Below are positions 59,973 to 64,000 of a stretch of DNA of 64,000 nt, in pieces. The stretch's first letter is position 1. Each line of letters opens with the position of its first letter. A program made the translations under genes and the position numbers. Source of the stretch: Candidatus Freyarchaeum deiterrae (GTDB lineage: Archaea; Asgardarchaeota; Jordiarchaeia; Jordiarchaeales; Jordiarchaeaceae). The stretch lies in contig CP147778.1 of NCBI GenBank assembly GCA_037305845.1, forward strand, positions 1,952,001 to 2,016,000. Direction: 5' to 3'. Below the pieces are notes generated by a model. That model was not told the DNA's origin, made no database searches, and saw only the letters and a program-made list of their open reading frames with translations.

Positions 59973-60476
59973 TTGATAAAGAAGTTTCGCTCCTACATTA
60001 GCGTTCCCAGCAAGGCCAATTATGCCAGAGGTAAAGAAAGGCCTAATGTGACTTGCATTCTTTGTTCCGTCGCAGCAGGTGATCCAAAGGTTAAACAAAA
60101 AATTGTTTACAGGAATAATGAAAATATGGTGGCTCTGAATATTTACCCATACAATCCCGGTCACCTATTGATATTCCCAATTAAGCATGTTGAAAAATTC
60201 GAGAAACTAAGTGAAGAATCGCTATACAGCTTGTTTCTATTGACACAAAAGTCAGTAAGGTTGCTTGAGGAAGTTTACCATCCTCAAGGTTTTAATATAG
60301 GCGTTAACCAAGGTGAGACTGCTGGTGCTAGTATAAAGCATTTCCACATTCAGGTTGTACCTCGATATAATAGTGAAATCGGCTTCATGGAGACAATCAA
60401 CAGTACTAGGATAATAGTGGAGACCCTAGACGAGACTCTTTTAAAGCTTAAGAGTAAAGCAAGTATCCTTGATTAA
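59973..60476 (+). CDS. HIT-superfamily nucleotide hydrolase/phosphorylase
   Basis: CILC, NIYPYNPGH, GFNIG.NQG..AGASI.HFHIQVVPR. Confidence 0.88.
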   Translation: MIKKFRSYISVPSKANYARGKERPNVTCILCSVAAGDPKVKQKIVYRNNENMVALNIYPYNPGHLLIFPIKHVEKFEKLSEESLYSLFLLTQKSVRLLEEVYHPQGFNIGVNQGETAGASIKHFHIQVVPRYNSEIGFMETINSTRIIVETLDETLLKLKSKASILD

Positions 60477-60599
60477 TTCTTATTATTCCATAATCTTTAA
60501 TTTTAAAGGTCATTGCTAAAAAATAATAACAGTATAATGTCTTTATTTAATTCTATGAAAAAAATTGAAGATTTGTTAACTTGCTTGGAGTGATGAGAG

Positions 60600-61142
60600 A
60601 TGGTTAAATATTTTGATGACATAAAAGAGGAAGGAGTGTTGAGCGTTGCGCTCCAAATGATGATTAGCGCAAAAACTGCACCCAAAGGTTTGGGTCAGGA
60701 TTCAGTTATTATAGCGCTTGTTTCTGAAGAGGAAAAGGAAAAAATGGTTCAACAAATGCATCAACTTGCAGATGTTGCCGGAGTGAACTTTCATAGAGAT
60801 GCTAAGGGTGTAGAGCAAGCTTCTACTGTTCTACTATTCGGCATTAAAAACACCGATACACCCCGAATTAATTGTGGTGCTTGCGGTTTTGCAACCTGTG
60901 AGGATTTTCTAAAACAAGAAAAAAAGGGTACGCCTTTTCCGGGACCTTTTTGCAACCTTAAACTTGTTGACCTCGGAATAGCAATGGGATCCGCGGTCAA
61001 AACAGCAGCTCTAATAAGTGTGGATAATCGTATAATGTATCGAATCGGTGTGGTTGCTAAGCTTCTGAATCTAATTGAAGCTGACTATATTCTGGGTATT
61101 CCACTCTCGGCTACTTCTAAGAATATCTTTTTTGACCGTTAA
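60600..61142 (+). CDS. DUF2148 ferredoxin-like domain protein
   Basis: AKTAPKG.G.D, NCGACGFATC, DLGIA.GSA, VDNRIMY, KNIFFDR. Confidence 0.85.
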   Translation: MVKYFDDIKEEGVLSVALQMMISAKTAPKGLGQDSVIIALVSEEEKEKMVQQMHQLADVAGVNFHRDAKGVEQASTVLLFGIKNTDTPRINCGACGFATCEDFLKQEKKGTPFPGPFCNLKLVDLGIAMGSAVKTAALISVDNRIMYRIGVVAKLLNLIEADYILGIPLSATSKNIFFDR

Positions 61143-61224
61143 TCTCTTTATTTGACATATGCATCGATAGAACAGTATTCCAAAAATAGTGTTCCATTTA
61201 CTTCACAAGCTTTAAATATTTTAA

Positions 61225-62400
61225 ATGGTGAGTTTGCCGAGGGTTGCAGTGTCTAAGAATGAATCATTGGAAACGGAAAGAAAGGCGGTACTGGTACTTG
61301 AAGACGGTTCCTATTTCGTAGGCACCGGTTTCGGTGCTACGGGAAAGGTACACGGCGAAGTAGTATTCAACACTGGTATGGTCGGGTATCCTGAAGTTCT
61401 CAGCGACCCATCGTACCACGGTCAAATTCTTACTCTCACATACCCTCTAGTAGGAAATTATGGAGTTCCTTCCTGTGATGCTTTTGATCGCTGGAATATT
61501 CCCAACTTTTTCGAGTCTGATGGCGTTAAGGTAAATGGATTTGTTGTTCATGAGTGTTGTGATAAACCGCATCACTGGGAATCAAAGCAGAATCTAAGTG
61601 AATGGCTCGAAAATGAGAATATTCCCGGCCTGCAGGGAATAGACACCCGTATGCTAACAAAAAAGCTTCGAGTACATGGTGTCATGTTGGGACTTTTAGA
61701 GGTTTTTGATGAAGGTGTAGAACCTAATCTGGATAATTTGATTAAAGCAGCTCGACATGTTCCTGACCCTAATAATTCAGACCTTGTAGCTGAAGTTACC
61801 TGCAAGGAGCCAATCGTTTACGATAATAAAGCGAAGAAAAGAGTCGTAGTTATAGACTGCGGTGTTAAAAATAACATTCTACGTGAACTCTTATCTTATG
61901 GATCCGATGTGATAAGAGTTCCTTATAATTTCTCTGCGGACGAGCTTATGGAGTATAAGCCTTCTGGAGTAGTAATTACGAATGGTCCTGGAGACCCGAA
62001 AAAAGTTCAAGACACAATTGCAACCGTACAAACTTTGATAGAAAGTAATATTCCCATGATGGGTATATGTTTTGGTAACCAGATAATAGCTCTAGCTTGC
62101 GGTGGGGATACCTACAAATTAAAATACGGACACCGCTCACAGAATCAGCCCTGCATTGACTTGAAAACTGGGAGATGTTATATCACAACCCAAAATCATG
62201 GCTACGCGGTTAGTCTGGAGTCACTCAAACACACGAATCTTGAAGAGTGGTTCCTAAATGTAAATGATAAAACCGTTGAAGGCCTCAAGCACAAGAGAAA
62301 CAACGTTTTCTCTGTGCAGTTTCATCCAGAGCATACAGCTGGACCAGTAGATACTAGATATCTTTTTGAAATTTTCTTCAAAATGCTGGAGAGTGCCTAA
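61225..62400 (+). CDS. carA: Carbamoyl-phosphate synthase small subunit
   Basis: GEVVFNTGMVGY, NGPGDP, GICFGNQ, QNHGY, QFHPE. Confidence 0.97.
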   Translation: MVSLPRVAVSKNESLETERKAVLVLEDGSYFVGTGFGATGKVHGEVVFNTGMVGYPEVLSDPSYHGQILTLTYPLVGNYGVPSCDAFDRWNIPNFFESDGVKVNGFVVHECCDKPHHWESKQNLSEWLENENIPGLQGIDTRMLTKKLRVHGVMLGLLEVFDEGVEPNLDNLIKAARHVPDPNNSDLVAEVTCKEPIVYDNKAKKRVVVIDCGVKNNILRELLSYGSDVIRVPYNFSADELMEYKPSGVVITNGPGDPKKVQDTIATVQTLIESNIPMMGICFGNQIIALACGGDTYKLKYGHRSQNQPCIDLKTGRCYITTQNHGYAVSLESLKHTNLEEWFLNVNDKTVEGLKHKRNNVFSVQFHPEHTAGPVDTRYLFEIFFKMLESA

Positions 62401-64000
62401 ATGCCTAAACTTGACTGGATAAAAAAAGTCTTAATTCTCGGTAGCGGGGCAGTGAGAATCGGACAAGCTGGAGAATTTGATTATTCTGGAAGTCAAGCTT
62501 TGAAGGCTCTGAAAGAAGAAGGGATTGAAACCGTTCTAATAAATCCTAACATAGCAACCATTCAGACAGATCCCGGATTCGCCGAAAAAGTGTATCTGCT
62601 GCCCATTACCCCCTACTTTGTGGAGGAAGTTATCAAAAAGGAGAAACCGGACGGAATCCTACTAAGTTTCGGGGGCCAGACGGCTCTTAACTGTGGTGTG
62701 GAACTAGCTAAAAGCGGAGTTCTAGAGAAACACAATGTTCAGGTATTGGGAACTCCAATTAAAGCCATCGAGGCTACTGAGGATAGAGAACTTTTCAGAA
62801 GAGCGATGGGAGAGGCAGGAGTTAAAGTCCTTAAGAGCGCCGCTGCCTGCTCAATAGACGAAGCCTTTAAAATAGCTGAAGAAATAGGCTATCCGGTCAT
62901 GGTTAGAGTAGGATACACTCTAGGGGGTCAAGGATCCGGAGTTGCTTATAATAAAGATGATCTGGAAGAGATTGTTAGTAGAGGATTAGCTCAAAGTATG
63001 ATCTCTCAGGTTTTGGTAGAAAGGTATGTGGGTAAATGGAAGGAAATTGAGTATGAGGTTGTCCGTGACTATGAGGATAACTGTATAACTGTTTGTAATA
63101 TGGAGAACTTTGACCCCATGGGAATACACACAGGAGAGTCAATCGTAGTTGCTCCCAGTCAAACTCTTACAAACAAGGAATACCATACTCTGAGAGAGGC
63201 TTCCATTCGTGTCATACGCTACCTAGGAATCGTAGGGGAGTGCAACATTCAGTATGCACTGCATCCAACTTCGTTGGATTTCTATGCCGTTGAGGTTAAC
63301 GCGCGATTATCCCGCTCCTCCGCACTTGCATCAAAGGCCACAGGTTATCCTCTGGCATACATAGCCGCCAAACTGGCTTTAGGGTATACTCTACCAGAAT
63401 TAACCAACAAAGTAACTGGAGTAACCACGGCGTGCTTCGAGCCAGCCTTGGACTATTTGGTGGTTAAGATACCCCGATGGGATCTTCAAAAGTTTATCAA
63501 TGTTAATAGACATATTGGAACTCAGATGAAGAGCGTGGGAGAGGTCATGGCTATTGGTCGTTGCTTTGAAGAAGCGATTCAAAAGGCCATTAGAATGTTG
63601 GATATTGGTGCTGTGGGATTGGTAGGGAATGTAGATGAAATTAAACCAGAACCAGTAGACCACATAAAGTATCTCCTATCCCATCCTACAGATGAGAGAG
63701 TCTTTAAAATAGTTAAGGCTCTAAAAAGAGGAGTATCAATTGATGAGATTTACTCGCTAAGCGGCGTCGATAAGTGGTTTTTGTACAAGATTCAGAATAT
63801 AATTAAAACGGAAGAACATTTGAAAAATGTAAACATTGAGGATTCTGATGAATTTAAAAGGGCTTTAAAAAAGGCTAAGAGACTGGGCTTCTCTGACGAG
63901 CAAATCGCAGATTACTTGAACAAGAGTGAGAATGAGATAAGAACGTTAAGGAAGAAATTTAATGTAATGCCTGTTATAAGTCAGATAGATACTCTAGCGG
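62401..64000 (+). CDS. carB: Carbamoyl-phosphate synthase large subunit (partial; runs off window end)
   Basis: Manual translation: [61 protein letters not shown]. Confidence 0.96.
   Translation, partial: MPKLDWIKKVLILGSGAVRIGQAGEFDYSGSQALKALKEEGIETVLINPNIATIQTDPGFAEKVYLLPITPYFVEEVIKKEKPDGILLSFGGQTALNCGVELAKSGVLEKHNVQVLGTPIKAIEATEDRELFRRAMGEAGVKVLKSAAACSIDEAFKIAEEIGYPVMVRVGYTLGGQGSGVAYNKDDLEEIVSRGLAQSMISQVLVERYVGKWKEIEYEVVRDYEDNCITVCNMENFDPMGIHTGESIVVAPSQTLTNKEYHTLREASIRVIRYLGIVGECNIQYALHPTSLDFYAVEVNARLSRSSALASKATGYPLAYIAAKLALGYTLPELTNKVTGVTTACFEPALDYLVVKIPRWDLQKFINVNRHIGTQMKSVGEVMAIGRCFEEAIQKAIRMLDIGAVGLVGNVDEIKPEPVDHIKYLLSHPTDERVFKIVKALKRGVSIDEIYSLSGVDKWFLYKIQNIIKTEEHLKNVNIEDSDEFKRALKKAKRLGFSDEQIADYLNKSENEIRTLRKKFNVMPVISQIDTLA

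Noticed and set aside
1-64000. CRISPR arrays, tRNA/rRNA genes, transposases, integrases, inteins
   Set aside because: No spaced repeats, cloverleafs or mobile-element motifs seen by eye; PolB1 and Smc have normal lengths. tRNAscan/Infernal were not run.

Overview
Gene-dense archaeal chromosome segment. Many genes start at TTG/GTG after GGAGG/GGTGA ribosome-binding sites. It carries archaeal informational genes (nop5, fibrillarin, TFB, gar1, srp19, rps8e, PolB1, thermosome, smc-scpA-scpB). The number of eukaryotic-signature proteins points to an Asgard archaeon (inference). Two clusters stand out. (1) 16.7-19.5 kb: four roadblock genes, one very like dynein light chain roadblock, around an MglA-type small GTPase and directly upstream of smc. 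(2) 32.8-41.4 kb: a RING-ubiquitin-E2-E1 cascade next to a cytoplasmic protein resembling the mu-homology domain of adaptor/delta-COP subunits, an ARPC4 (Arp2/3 subunit)-like protein and an IFT52/GIFT-domain protein with an ESCRT-I steadiness-box-like tail. Together these form a candidate ubiquitin-linked cargo-sorting/actin locus. Other oddities: a pro-ubiquitin ending GG-PY, likely ATT/ATA starts, a second chaperonin with degenerate ATPase motifs, an IscS lacking the PLP lysine near an IscU-flavoreductase fusion, a frameshifted hsp20, an unannotated Zn-ribbon microprotein and kb-scale A/C versus G/T codon patches. No rRNA, tRNA, CRISPR array or mobile element was recognised. All homology calls come from motif recognition by eye, not database searches.
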